Shown: positions 18,666 through 29,056 of the stretch, piece by piece | How positions within the stretch are numbered: position 1 is the stretch's first letter | How the letters are laid out: every line of letters begins with the position of its first letter | Virus record (IMG/VR): IMGVR_UViG_3300041411_000080 | Coordinates: 124,001 to 188,000 of that record | DNA: 64,000 nucleotides | Direction: 5' to 3' (one strand) | Notes under the pieces: generated by a model | Databases searched by the model: none | Seen by the model: only the letters and a program-made list of their open reading frames with translations | What the model was told of the DNA's origin: nothing | Position numbers and translations under genes: made by a program

Positions 18666-20027
18666 TCAAAGTTGAATCCAACCGGATGCTGATTTATACG
18701 AGCCGAACACGATCGGGAAACTGTTGACGTATGTACCGTTACCAGCACCCCAGATGTATTGCGTTTGCACACGGTAGAAAGCGATCGATCCAACTGGAGC
18801 ACTGAATGCCCATGGTTGACTGATAACAAACTGGTGACCTTGTGCAGCTGAACCCATTGCTCCGATAGGGAATACCTGTGGAGAAGGAGGTGGGCCATGG
18901 TTGATGATAATCGAGTCCCATGTTACCCATTGACCATCACCGTTCAGTGCAGTGTTAGCACTAGGTGTGCCTCGACCGATACGACGTGGGTCAATCCAAC
19001 CTGCTGAAGCATCAGCGACGAAATTGGGAGCTGGGATATTACGCCGAGCGAACTGGTAGTACTCGTTATAGCCGTAAGCGGTTGCACCGTCTGTAAAGAT
19101 ATCGGCGTTAACAACTTGCTCGTTACGAAGATACTTAGAATTAACAGCTGCATCTACCACGGGCTTGCGTGGAGCACTGATAGTCTCAGGTGTAGTCTGG
19201 TGTGGGTTAGAACGGTTACCAATGTGCAGGTTGAGAGGCTTGATAGCTTTCTCATCAATGGTAGCCCAAGACAACAGCGGCGTCAGATACAAGTTGTTAG
19301 CTGTGGCCGCACGTGCATCGAGTTCTGTTGCCAAAGCATAGTTCTCGACAAGGTTCAACCCTACGTCGTCTTTGGTATCTTGATGAGGGTTAGCCTCATC
19401 ACGGATATGTCGTTCCAGTCGGTCGTTAAAGAGATCTAGGAACGCGTTATAATCAGCCAAGACCTTATCGCGATACTCTTGCTCGTAGTTACCGGACAGA
19501 CCTTGTACAGCCCGGCGCATCTTGTAGATTTCATTGTTGAACGGTTGGTATGTGTCTAAGGCCCATCGTTCCTTATCCAGCTCACCGGGTTTCCAGATAG
19601 GTTCATTACCCGCATAATCCTTGGACTTTGGAATATAACCATCGGGTTGTTGATTGTACCAACTAATGTAATCCTCAACTGTGGTTAAGCTGAAGGCTAC
19701 ATCACCACCGACCATCTGTGCAGACAGATATACTTGTCCAGAGAGGTTAGGGTCGAGGAACACAATTACACCTTCTACGTCCAAACCTAGTTTATCACTA
19801 AGGTTAGCGTAGCGATAAGTAAAAATGTAATCAACGCCAAGTGTCATCTTAGCATACGACGAGTTATAGACCCGAAGTGTATCAGAATAGAATCCGCCAT
19901 TGTCCATCGGCAAGATCTTGTAAGGAAAACCGTTGATCGATTGAAGATCATGGGGTTCACCGGGAATCAGGTTATCAGGGTTTCGTCCGGTGGGGTCGTA
20001 CGATAACCTTACGTAAATGTTAGCCAT
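18666..20027 (-). CDS. Tail/baseplate fibre protein, gp131-135 family
   Basis: DPTGRNPDNLIPGEPH, GGFYSD, QMVGG; HIRDEANPH and HIGNRSNPH. Confidence 0.75.
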   Translation of the reverse strand: MANIYVRLSYDPTGRNPDNLIPGEPHDLQSINGFPYKILPMDNGGFYSDTLRVYNSSYAKMTLGVDYIFTYRYANLSDKLGLDVEGVIVFLDPNLSGQVYLSAQMVGGDVAFSLTTVEDYISWYNQQPDGYIPKSKDYAGNEPIWKPGELDKERWALDTYQPFNNEIYKMRRAVQGLSGNYEQEYRDKVLADYNAFLDLFNDRLERHIRDEANPHQDTKDDVGLNLVENYALATELDARAATANNLYLTPLLSWATIDEKAIKPLNLHIGNRSNPHQTTPETISAPRKPVVDAAVNSKYLRNEQVVNADIFTDGATAYGYNEYYQFARRNIPAPNFVADASAGWIDPRRIGRGTPSANTALNGDGQWVTWDSIIINHGPPPSPQVFPIGAMGSAAQGHQFVISQPWAFSAPVGSIAFYRVQTQYIWGAGNGTYVNSFPIVFGSYKSASGWIQL

Positions 20028-20102
20028 GTCATCTCCGAAAAGGATATAGCAACAGAAGGAGACACCGGGTTGCCCAAGTGCTCCTTCTGCTGCTCGGTTT
20101 AG

Positions 20103-20426
20103 TTACAGATCATCAGCCGCGTCAGCAAAAGCGTCACCGATAACTTTGTAGATGTTTTCATCTGCATAGTCGTCGACACGTTTCGGAGTCATGAATGCGT
20201 TGTTACTCAGGCCACGCTTGGCTTGAACCAAAGAAGCTGGTAGCCAATCGGGAACGTTACCCAAACCAATATCAGCTGGTTCCATATCGTGCACGTTACC
20301 TGTCGCAGTTGTATGCGCATTCAGACGATTGCGTATTGTGGTAAACTTCTGAAGCACGCTACCGAAGTATTGTGCCATAACCGTTTTGAGTTGCGAAAGC
20401 TTGACGGTATAATCAGTCATTGCCAT
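20103..20426 (-). CDS. Short gp131-family paralogue
   Basis: AHTTATGNVHDMEPADIGLGNVPDWLPAS nearly repeats AHIQATGNVHDMVPADIGLGNVPNWLPAS of the upstream gene. Confidence 0.7.
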   Translation of the reverse strand: MAMTDYTVKLSQLKTVMAQYFGSVLQKFTTIRNRLNAHTTATGNVHDMEPADIGLGNVPDWLPASLVQAKRGLSNNAFMTPKRVDDYADENIYKVIGDAFADAADDL

Positions 20427-20440
20427 GATAGGACCTCCCT

Positions 20441-22654
20441 TTATGGACTGACAGTTTCAATGTACTTGCCACCGCGCCAGACCAACGAGTTGTCAGGAGA
20501 ATCACCCCAGAACTCAGCATAGTTTTGACTGTTGACAGTTACAGTGAAGCCATAGCCAGCAGCTACAGCCAAGAAAGGACCAGAGGCAGGAGTAATCTCC
20601 AACTGACCCATAGATTCGTCGCCAAAGGAAAGAAGATCCGACAGATCTGTATCTGGACCAATAGGCTTGGTAAATACAAAGTGTCCGAAACTACCCGCAA
20701 GACTAGACGCACCAGTAATAGTAGAAGCAGCAGCCAGTAGACCAGTCGAGTGATCGCGTACCAGTGTGGAACCAGATACGTCAGTCAGAGTGATGCTTGC
20801 CCCGTAGTTGAGTCGGTAGACCCAGATAAAGGTGTCATCATCTTTCTGTACCAATACCACCACATACTCAGAACCGATTCGCATATCAACGATTTCGAAT
20901 GCGCCGGTAGAAGCACGCGTCTTAACAGCGTTGAATGCCGTAACCCAGCTAGCGTCGCCCAAACCAGTCCATGTAGTATCACCACCAGCGTCCTGTGTTT
21001 CGATAACACAGAAAGCACGCGGATCAGTCAATCCATTATTACCGAAGAGGCTGAATACGTCGGCATGAACACCCATAGAGGTTTCAGTACCGTTGCGGTC
21101 AATCCGAACAATGGTTTCATCGTTTGCACGAATCATGTAGACGTGATCTTTCGAAGCGTAGATACTCGAGAGCTTGCCAGTGGTGTCAGAAGAACCAGCA
21201 GCATACTTAGGTGGGATAACGATTGCACCCGTACCAGAAGTCTCTACATAGCCCAGAGGGTTAATGTAGTAAGATGCATCCACTGATGTAGACCATTTAC
21301 CCGGAGCCCCTTCCAGCGCACCGGTAGGGAAGTCTTGAGCGTAAGCTGTGTCAGCAACAATGTAGCCATTACCCAACGAGTTGTACAATCCGTAAGCTTG
21401 GTACTCACCGAAACCCCAACTGATCTTAGATGCATTGCGTTCAGCAATATCACCTGGAGTTACTGGGTCTTCTACATCGAGTTCACCCAGTGAGGTGTTA
21501 GCCGACAGATAAACTTCAAACAGTTGTTGTAAGATCTCATTGATATCCCCTACAGCAGGGAACATAGAAATCCATTCGTCTGGAGTCTTACCATCGAACG
21601 TAGCTGCATCACCACCTTGTTCAAGTGCTTGAAGCTTCTCATCGATTTGTTCGGACGTATAGGTACCGATCAACTGAGGGGTGATATCGTGAGGATTCTG
21701 TGCAGTCAAGTGATTATTGAAATCAATGATCAGCTGATCTAGTCGTGGATCGTTCTGAAGCTTTTGGATCAGCAAGCTGGTCGTATAAGGCGTCATGAAC
21801 GAAGTGTTGTTCGTTGGATCAATCGCATTGACTGGCGAAGCTGGCAACCAGTTAGGGACGTTGCCCAAGCCGATGTCAGCAGGTACCATGTCGTGGACGT
21901 TACCCGTAGCTTGAATGTGTGCATTCAAAGGCACCACAGCAAACTTGTTAACCAACAGTTGTACACCACGGGGGTTCGTAAACAAATCGTTACGAGTTGC
22001 ATCAAGGTGTTGTTGGTCATTCGCCATTGCAAAGTTAGGTACGTTACCGAGACCTACTTGGATGGCAGTTACAACGTGTGGGTTGTTACGATCGTCAATG
22101 TGAGACTTGGATGTTCCTTCAGCAGTAGCTTCAAGGATCTCTGCGATTTTCTCGAGAGTAGCATTGATCTCTGCGGAACCCACCAGACTGTCGATACGTT
22201 GATCGTGCGGTAGAGGTGGGAACGAGTACGGAAGTACATCGATATCACCCCAACTACGAATGAGTGGGTTGAGATGTTTATTGGACAGTTCGCGAAGGAT
22301 AGCCTGATCGCTGAAGCCCCATGGGCCACCCAGAGTTCGATAAGTCAGACGAACTTGACCTACGATAGATGGTTTCATGAATCGAATACTACCGGCGATA
22401 GGACGACCAGTCGAATTCATTGCTTCAATGAAGAGGTGACCCACCTGGTAGTCATCACCTTCCACGTAAGGTTGCGAGGTTGCTGGGTTGACTACGATAA
22501 GGGAGTCAACAAAGAACGGCGCGGCCTTCGGGATAATAAAATAGTAATCGTTTGGACCAGGAGCCTGTAGCGTATGTGTCTCGCTAGGAATCAGGTTACT
22601 CGGCAGGGTCCCATTAAGGTCTTCTGGATACAGAAACGTGGTGCTGTAAGCCAT
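20441..22654 (-). CDS. Tail/baseplate protein, gp131-like
   Basis: 737 aa; family N-terminal domain, three His repeats, beta-propeller-like C-terminus (VAAGYGFTV). Confidence 0.75.
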   Translation of the reverse strand: MAYSTTFLYPEDLNGTLPSNLIPSETHTLQAPGPNDYYFIIPKAAPFFVDSLIVVNPATSQPYVEGDDYQVGHLFIEAMNSTGRPIAGSIRFMKPSIVGQVRLTYRTLGGPWGFSDQAILRELSNKHLNPLIRSWGDIDVLPYSFPPLPHDQRIDSLVGSAEINATLEKIAEILEATAEGTSKSHIDDRNNPHVVTAIQVGLGNVPNFAMANDQQHLDATRNDLFTNPRGVQLLVNKFAVVPLNAHIQATGNVHDMVPADIGLGNVPNWLPASPVNAIDPTNNTSFMTPYTTSLLIQKLQNDPRLDQLIIDFNNHLTAQNPHDITPQLIGTYTSEQIDEKLQALEQGGDAATFDGKTPDEWISMFPAVGDINEILQQLFEVYLSANTSLGELDVEDPVTPGDIAERNASKISWGFGEYQAYGLYNSLGNGYIVADTAYAQDFPTGALEGAPGKWSTSVDASYYINPLGYVETSGTGAIVIPPKYAAGSSDTTGKLSSIYASKDHVYMIRANDETIVRIDRNGTETSMGVHADVFSLFGNNGLTDPRAFCVIETQDAGGDTTWTGLGDASWVTAFNAVKTRASTGAFEIVDMRIGSEYVVVLVQKDDDTFIWVYRLNYGASITLTDVSGSTLVRDHSTGLLAAASTITGASSLAGSFGHFVFTKPIGPDTDLSDLLSFGDESMGQLEITPASGPFLAVAAGYGFTVTVNSQNYAEFWGDSPDNSLVWRGGKYIETVSP

Positions 22655-22745
22655 CGCGCCCTCCTAAGAAGCGCTAGTGCGCTGTTGTTAGCGTAATGAT
22701 GTGAAATTCACATAGGATTGTCCAATCTTTCTTTCGGAGGTAAAT

Positions 22746-24029
22746 ATGTACACTCTAGTGCGGGCCCGCTACCGCAGAGACCGTCGCAGTGGACGTTGGA
22801 TTGAAGCCGATCTAGCCGATGAAGCTATTGGTACTCTCTCAGCAAACTACGGTGACATTTATCTGTACATCGAATACCCTGGGGCAGGCGCACCCATTAC
22901 CAAAGCCCTTCACTGGGTTAACGTAGAACAAGACGTCAACAACTACAACCCTAGCTTGACCGTACAGCAGTGGTTGACTCAAGTCGGTAACAAGACACTA
23001 CCTTTTGACGCAAAGCTCCCTAATGAGACTCTGAGGCTCGTACGTTATGCTCAGGCATGGCATGCTGGTTATAAGATCCAAGCTAAGGGGTTCAATGGTA
23101 GTCTCAATCAAGATATCTCGGTGCATTACAAAGAAGACTTGGTACTGACTCATCCGAAACACAAACCTCAGACTATTCGCGACTATTGCATGATCTCGGT
23201 TAATGGTTACTTCCATCTAACTGACTGGACTGACGAAGGTGTTCGGATCATTGACGGTAACAAGACTGTTATTGCTTCTAACGATAACCAAGTTGGATTG
23301 TACTCTTTTGAGACGATCGGGAAGTTGAAGTATATCCCTATTGCTGATGAGATGATTCGTAAGGCTGGTACTGATATTCCATTGTGGGATTCTGCTTACC
23401 TGCAACTACCTGCTGATGTTGATATAGAGAACAAAACAGTATTACTCGTGACCGGTGGTTATCTGAACGTGTTGTCTGATGTATACGAACGTATTAATGA
23501 ACGGACGTGGCGCATTAGCTTTGGTCGGATGATGTTCCTTAATCGGTACATTCAATCTGCACAAGACATGGATCTCTCTAGCTTGGGGCTGACTCGTAGT
23601 AAAGCTGATCCAACGTTGTTCGATGCTCAAGAGCTTAAACATGATGATGTCATTAAGAAGTATCTGCAACTATCGCAAAGCTTCTTTGTGATCGTAGACT
23701 CTCCAAGTATGTTCCAGTCGTATGAACCTGTACAGTACTTGAATCTACCGGGTCGGTTTATTGATAGTAAGCAAGAACAACTTCCACTGGTTGGTGCTTA
23801 CGGTCGGATGTTGGATTACCACATCATCAAAGAACCTAACCAAGCATCGGCTATCCTCCCCTCAGACACCGCTGAATACGTTTACTGTTCAACTCTGAAC
23901 CAACGTAACGACTACGACGCACATCACCGTCCTTGGCACCAGCAGAAGGCTGTGAATGGTGGTCGTTATCCAGCGAGTCCGTTTAAGAACGAAACCGCAT
24001 ACTTCCGCATCCTTGGTGTAGAAGGCTAA
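22746..24029 (+). CDS. Virion structural protein (gp130-like)
   Basis: 427 aa; SVNGYFH and LVTGGYL motifs; GGAGG RBS; synteny. Confidence 0.65.
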   Translation: MYTLVRARYRRDRRSGRWIEADLADEAIGTLSANYGDIYLYIEYPGAGAPITKALHWVNVEQDVNNYNPSLTVQQWLTQVGNKTLPFDAKLPNETLRLVRYAQAWHAGYKIQAKGFNGSLNQDISVHYKEDLVLTHPKHKPQTIRDYCMISVNGYFHLTDWTDEGVRIIDGNKTVIASNDNQVGLYSFETIGKLKYIPIADEMIRKAGTDIPLWDSAYLQLPADVDIENKTVLLVTGGYLNVLSDVYERINERTWRISFGRMMFLNRYIQSAQDMDLSSLGLTRSKADPTLFDAQELKHDDVIKKYLQLSQSFFVIVDSPSMFQSYEPVQYLNLPGRFIDSKQEQLPLVGAYGRMLDYHIIKEPNQASAILPSDTAEYVYCSTLNQRNDYDAHHRPWHQQKAVNGGRYPASPFKNETAYFRILGVEG

Positions 24030-24040
24030 AAAAGAAACGG

Positions 24041-24074
24041 CATAAAACCCCTACCAATCGGTAGGGGCAATATG
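24041..24074. terminator. Bidirectional hairpin terminator
   Basis: CATAAAA-CCCCTACC-aatc-GGTAGGGG-CAATATG. Confidence 0.8.
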
Positions 24075-24079
24075 TTGTC

Positions 24080-26845
24080 TTACAGAGGTTTCTCTTCCTC
24101 TTCCTCTTCTTCCGCATTCTCATCAGCTTCCGCTTCACCCATTGGATCTTCTAATCCTGAGGTATCAGCTTCGTCTGGTTCGTCGGCGCTACTTTGGTCA
24201 TCCATTGACTGGTCACCATTGTTACCACCCATGTCGAAGTCCGAGTCTAGTTCGTTTTGAGTTCCCTCATCCAAACCTTGCTCATCGCCTTGGTCGTCGA
24301 ATCCTCCAGAGTCATTACCGAAGTCATCTCCACCTTCATCATCAAAGCCACCGCCGGAATCATCTCCGCCGTAGGTATCATCTGCACCCGAGTTAATCTT
24401 CTCGATCATTTCGCCGTAGATCTCTTTAAGACGATCTTTAAACTTCTTCTTACCAGCAGCGTATTCAAGGAATGCTTGAACCGATGTGGCACGAGAAACG
24501 TTGATGTGATCCAACAGACTAAATGCAGGACGGCTACCGTCCATCTCAGTCAGGATGTTGAGTTCTGGCAGGATGTTGTTAGTCGACATGAACTGTCGAA
24601 TGAACAAAGCTTTGAGGTTAACGAGTACATCGTCAGCCAGACCAGAAATCTCAGTAACGTCATCAGGGAACAGGTCAGGAGTAATGTAAGCTTCCAGACC
24701 TTTATCCAACAGACGCTCATAAGCCTCGATGGATTCCAGTTGACGTTCATGTTGGGTGTTGTCAGGTGCTGGCAGATCCACGCTCAATGCGAGAATGAAT
24801 TCATCAATCACTTGGTCAACAGTCAAGGTCTTCAGTTCAGGAGCTACCAGCATCTGTACGTTAGCTTCAATCTTCTTCTTCAACTCATCACGAATGATAG
24901 AGCTGTTTACACAGAAGACACGAATGAACTTCGACAGCATAGCACAGAGAGCTTTCTGACGTTCTTTAACTACACGCGAACTTACCAAGTCGTTATGTAC
25001 GATCGAGGTTGCAAAGTCAGGCGAAGACATCGGGTCAACTTTCTCTGGTGGGATACCGAAGGAGCTGATGTGATAACGACGCAGACGATCTTGCAGTTCA
25101 GGGTTACCAGCGTTAACGTTGGTGTTGTAGTCGTCGAATGTAACTTTGGTTTGAGCATAAGCCGAATCGTTCGAGTTGATCTCGAAGTCATAGCCCGAAC
25201 GAATCAACGCATCCATCGTCTGTGCAGGATCTGGTGCAGCCAGAGGGAAGCTCCGGTGACCTTGTTCCATAATGACGGACTGGATGTTAGAGATTGTTTG
25301 TTCTGGATCTGGATCGTCCGGGTCAATTTCGACCAGAACTTTCTTACGACCCATTGCGTTACGCATGCCACCAATGGTTTCAGCGAACAGCAGTGTAGTA
25401 CGCATAGTCGACAGCATCTTGGTACGGGCGATGAGAGTCTCACCGATACCGTTAGCGTTGAAGTCGAATGCGATGTAGGTCAGGAGTTCTTCAGGGATAA
25501 AGATCAGCTGTGTAGTCTTAGCCTTCCAGCTACGATACAACATGATCCGTTGGATTTCCTGAGTTACGCCAAACTCTACGTCTTGATCGTACATGCCATT
25601 ACGAAGACGGTTATTCAAGTCGCTCGTAAGAATAGCGTTGAATGCCGTTTGGATATGGTCAACTTCATAAGCAGACTTGTTATCGTTGTCACCCATTGCT
25701 TCACGGGTTAGACGCAAGATCTCAGAGTTACCCAAACCACCAGCACCTTGATTACCTTTCCAACCAGCTTGGAGTTCACCGTAGAAGTCACGGGTAGAAT
25801 CCTTAGACACTGGATAACCGTGATGGTCTACCAGCAGGAAGTAACCAATGTGCTCATGAGGACGACCAGCTACGAATACCGGGATAACCGATTCCGAAGG
25901 CAATGGCAGGATCAACGGGTGACCTACCGATGGACGGTTCATGTACTTAGGTGAAGTCAGTACCTGAGTTTGTTCGCTACCAGCACGAGTGTTCTGATAG
26001 AGGGCTTCAATCTCAGCGTTGTTAAACGAGTGTACTTCAGATTCCAACGATACACGGTTACGGCGCAGCTTAGCGCTAATACCGAGTTCACGTACACGCT
26101 TGGACATCTGTGGAACTTTCAAGACATCGAAGTTATCCGACACCTTAATGTAATCGAACTTACAGAGCGTGCTATCATGCAGGCCTTGTAGTGTGTTCTC
26201 ATCCCCAGTAGCTTGATAGCCTTCAAGAGAGATCTTCTTACCATCGGTACTCTTTCTCGGTGAGCCAAGGAAACCAAGGTTGTCACCAGTCGAGTTAGCG
26301 ATGCGATCACGGATAGCACCAAATGCTTCCATAGACACTTCACGACGACCGTTAACCATCTCGTCGAGTTTGTTCTCTGGTAGGACACAGAGGATCGATG
26401 AACCCTTGTTGAACAGGCAGTCTTCGATAATCAAATCGAGACGGTCGTCAATCTTATAGTCCTTCTTAAAGAAGTTCTCAATAGGCTCCATCAGTAGCTT
26501 ACCAATCTCGCTGTCGAATATAGCGGGATCAACTGAAAACGTAAGGTTAGCTTCCGACATAGACTTCGGATCTAGCGTGGTACCGACTGCAACCGTCTTC
26601 ACTAACTGAAGTTCTGGTAGCAGTTGCATCACAGCATTCGAGTCTGTAATGTCCTGCGAGGTTTGTCGAGAAACCTTATCCATAGTAAAGCGGTTAATAT
26701 CAACTGTTGGCTTAGTAGCCTCTCCTGTGGGAGTGTTGATATCTTTACGTAACAGGTTCAGCAACGCGTTAGTTGGCGTTGCATTATGCCCTAGTCGTAA
26801 AGCCGCAAGTTTTGGATAATAGTTCTCTTTTGACTTTTGAGCCAT
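24080..26845 (-). CDS. Portal protein (phiKZ gp129-like)
   Basis: 921 aa; LPSESVIPV...HIGYFLLVD and IAFDFNANGIG motifs; SME/SLE sites; acidic tail; synteny. Confidence 0.7.
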   Translation of the reverse strand: MAQKSKENYYPKLAALRLGHNATPTNALLNLLRKDINTPTGEATKPTVDINRFTMDKVSRQTSQDITDSNAVMQLLPELQLVKTVAVGTTLDPKSMSEANLTFSVDPAIFDSEIGKLLMEPIENFFKKDYKIDDRLDLIIEDCLFNKGSSILCVLPENKLDEMVNGRREVSMEAFGAIRDRIANSTGDNLGFLGSPRKSTDGKKISLEGYQATGDENTLQGLHDSTLCKFDYIKVSDNFDVLKVPQMSKRVRELGISAKLRRNRVSLESEVHSFNNAEIEALYQNTRAGSEQTQVLTSPKYMNRPSVGHPLILPLPSESVIPVFVAGRPHEHIGYFLLVDHHGYPVSKDSTRDFYGELQAGWKGNQGAGGLGNSEILRLTREAMGDNDNKSAYEVDHIQTAFNAILTSDLNNRLRNGMYDQDVEFGVTQEIQRIMLYRSWKAKTTQLIFIPEELLTYIAFDFNANGIGETLIARTKMLSTMRTTLLFAETIGGMRNAMGRKKVLVEIDPDDPDPEQTISNIQSVIMEQGHRSFPLAAPDPAQTMDALIRSGYDFEINSNDSAYAQTKVTFDDYNTNVNAGNPELQDRLRRYHISSFGIPPEKVDPMSSPDFATSIVHNDLVSSRVVKERQKALCAMLSKFIRVFCVNSSIIRDELKKKIEANVQMLVAPELKTLTVDQVIDEFILALSVDLPAPDNTQHERQLESIEAYERLLDKGLEAYITPDLFPDDVTEISGLADDVLVNLKALFIRQFMSTNNILPELNILTEMDGSRPAFSLLDHINVSRATSVQAFLEYAAGKKKFKDRLKEIYGEMIEKINSGADDTYGGDDSGGGFDDEGGDDFGNDSGGFDDQGDEQGLDEGTQNELDSDFDMGGNNGDQSMDDQSSADEPDEADTSGLEDPMGEAEADENAEEEEEEEKPL

Positions 26846-26881
26846 TTGAAAACTCCCAATTAAACAAGTGAGTATCTTACC

Positions 26882-29056
26882 ATGAGTAACGTATACTTTA
26901 ATATCTTTCGTGACGATACTATTAAATTGGTAAGGTCAGTTATTGTTAAGTTCAGTGAAACTGCGACTCAAGTCAATAATGGTCTTTACCAATTAACAGG
27001 TATTGAAGCCGATCCCCTGCGCCCTGAAACATGGAAGTACTACATGCACTTGGCGGGGGAGTACCATTCAACTGATGAAATGATGTACGTTAAGTCTGCT
27101 GACACACTCGAACAAATCGAGTTCACGAAAGCTAACCTAGAATTCCATCGCGCTACAGCTCGTGAGTACTACCCAGGTAGTACACTCTACAAGTCTCTAG
27201 CTCGTCAATATCCAAATCAAGTTGACCTAATTACTGGGATTCTTTATCCCATTGACATTCAAGTCGCAATCGATGCAGCTGATGGGAAGATCTTGTATCA
27301 CGACCCAGCATACGTTGAGCCTCAGGAAGACACGTTTATATTTGAACTACAAGATTGGGTTAACACATTCTATCTACGTTGGTACAACAAACAGTTTAAC
27401 ATCGTAGACGAGTTGTTTCACACAGCTTTCTTAGGTAACCTTTATTCCCGGATGGTACCCGCTATCATGGCAATGCGGTTAGCTAAAGCTAAGACTAATC
27501 AAGCCCATAGCTATCATATCCGTGAGTACTTGGCGTCTCATGAACATCTTGATGATTTCATCCCGTATCTCGATACCTATCAGATGCTGTGGCTTTATCG
27601 TAACATCGACTACTTACAACGTCATGCTGGTAACAAAAATACTTTCCAGCGTTTGGTTAAGAACATCCTGACTCATCGCGGTATTCCTATTCTGGAGTAT
27701 ACGCTTGAACAGAACTCTACCAACATGCTCCGGGATAATCTGGCACACGTTGAAATGGTTAAGCATGACATCAACTTCAATATCGTTCAGGAAGGGCAGG
27801 AGTCTGTGCCTGTATCCACAATCCTGACTCGTGAGCAGTTGTTGGCTCGTGATAACCCGTTGGTTGAATTTGATACAGAACGTGACATCATGCAAGAGAT
27901 GGGTTACTCCGCATCTAGTTCTTTGCCTACACGGGTATACGACTCTGAGGTAATTGACCGTTCGGTGTCTAACGTTCGTAGTCTACAATCGGTACTGTTG
28001 AATGAGTGGCTACAGCTGGCTTCCAGTGATCGCTACAGAGCGTTCGTTCAAATCCCTAACCCTAAGACGGGTGAGATGATGACGATGTCGGTAAAGGATG
28101 CTTACCTCGTTACCATGTACTGCTGGTTGAAGACTCGTGAAGTATTGCCTGAGTTCATTCCAAAGTTTACGGCATATGAAGTACTGTTGCCTAAGTCTCC
28201 TACATTCATGGAACTGCGGTGGATGTCTCCTAAGCGTATTATCCCTGATAAGGTGATTACCGCTATTCAGGATATTACCCCGCCGATGAGTAGCTATATC
28301 TCAACGGAACGTTTCTATTTGGATTGTGCTAAGGCACATGCCAACTACCTGAAACAATGGGAACTCTATTCGTTCCAAGAACACATGGTAGGACGCGGTT
28401 ACTGTGAGCAGATCGTTAAGATGCATTACATGAACCGACAGTGTACTTTGGTAGAGGGGCAGGTAACGTGGGAGGACTACTTTACATCGCAAGGCTTTAA
28501 CATCCTCGATATGTCTAACCCTGAAATGGAACAGCTTTGCCTTGATACCATCAACATCGCTACCGGTGCAAACTTGGTTAAGATCATTACCTTGGGTGAG
28601 ATCCAGCGAGAGCTTCTGCGTCTGATGTCTCGGATGTCTAGTTACATCGCTCAGTACCTGCGTAACGTTGAGTTCACTAAGTTCCACGTGTTGGGTATGG
28701 TGATGCCACGAGTTGGTGATTACTCCGCCCATTCGGAATCTGGTGATCTGGTACCAATCGTTAACGTTAACGTCCGTAACGTAGCTTCCTTGGGTAAGAC
28801 ACTTATCCCAATTAAGGAAGGTTCGATTACCCCATCGATTCTGTGGAGCTATCGTGGGTATGGTCGTTGGTGGATTGACCCATGTGTTAACATCGTTGAG
28901 ACGTCGTTCAAAGAGCATGCATATCCAATGCCTGTCTGCAATATCGGTGTAGGTGGAGTTAGTATCTCTGTACCTTCCAATCCAAACCCAGATGGGGATC
29001 TAGATTTCTATGATCTACCAACTGATCCTAACTGGCCTAAATTCGAGAAGCCATAA
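26882..29056 (+). CDS. Virion/baseplate protein (gp128-like)
   Basis: 724 aa; TWKYYMHLAGEYH, HSYHIREYLASH and LWLYRNI motifs; synteny. Confidence 0.7.
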   Translation: MSNVYFNIFRDDTIKLVRSVIVKFSETATQVNNGLYQLTGIEADPLRPETWKYYMHLAGEYHSTDEMMYVKSADTLEQIEFTKANLEFHRATAREYYPGSTLYKSLARQYPNQVDLITGILYPIDIQVAIDAADGKILYHDPAYVEPQEDTFIFELQDWVNTFYLRWYNKQFNIVDELFHTAFLGNLYSRMVPAIMAMRLAKAKTNQAHSYHIREYLASHEHLDDFIPYLDTYQMLWLYRNIDYLQRHAGNKNTFQRLVKNILTHRGIPILEYTLEQNSTNMLRDNLAHVEMVKHDINFNIVQEGQESVPVSTILTREQLLARDNPLVEFDTERDIMQEMGYSASSSLPTRVYDSEVIDRSVSNVRSLQSVLLNEWLQLASSDRYRAFVQIPNPKTGEMMTMSVKDAYLVTMYCWLKTREVLPEFIPKFTAYEVLLPKSPTFMELRWMSPKRIIPDKVITAIQDITPPMSSYISTERFYLDCAKAHANYLKQWELYSFQEHMVGRGYCEQIVKMHYMNRQCTLVEGQVTWEDYFTSQGFNILDMSNPEMEQLCLDTINIATGANLVKIITLGEIQRELLRLMSRMSSYIAQYLRNVEFTKFHVLGMVMPRVGDYSAHSESGDLVPIVNVNVRNVASLGKTLIPIKEGSITPSILWSYRGYGRWWIDPCVNIVETSFKEHAYPMPVCNIGVGGVSISVPSNPNPDGDLDFYDLPTDPNWPKFEKP

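Noticed and set aside
17283-18668. Adjacent fibre paralogues are in frame across their stops (TGA-GGT-GAT-TAC-ATG; TAA-GAG-GTA-ATT-ATG), hinting at fusion by readthrough
   Set aside because: A 9-nt gap is ordinary RBS spacing and also occurs between unrelated genes (13454/13444); each gene has its own RBS.
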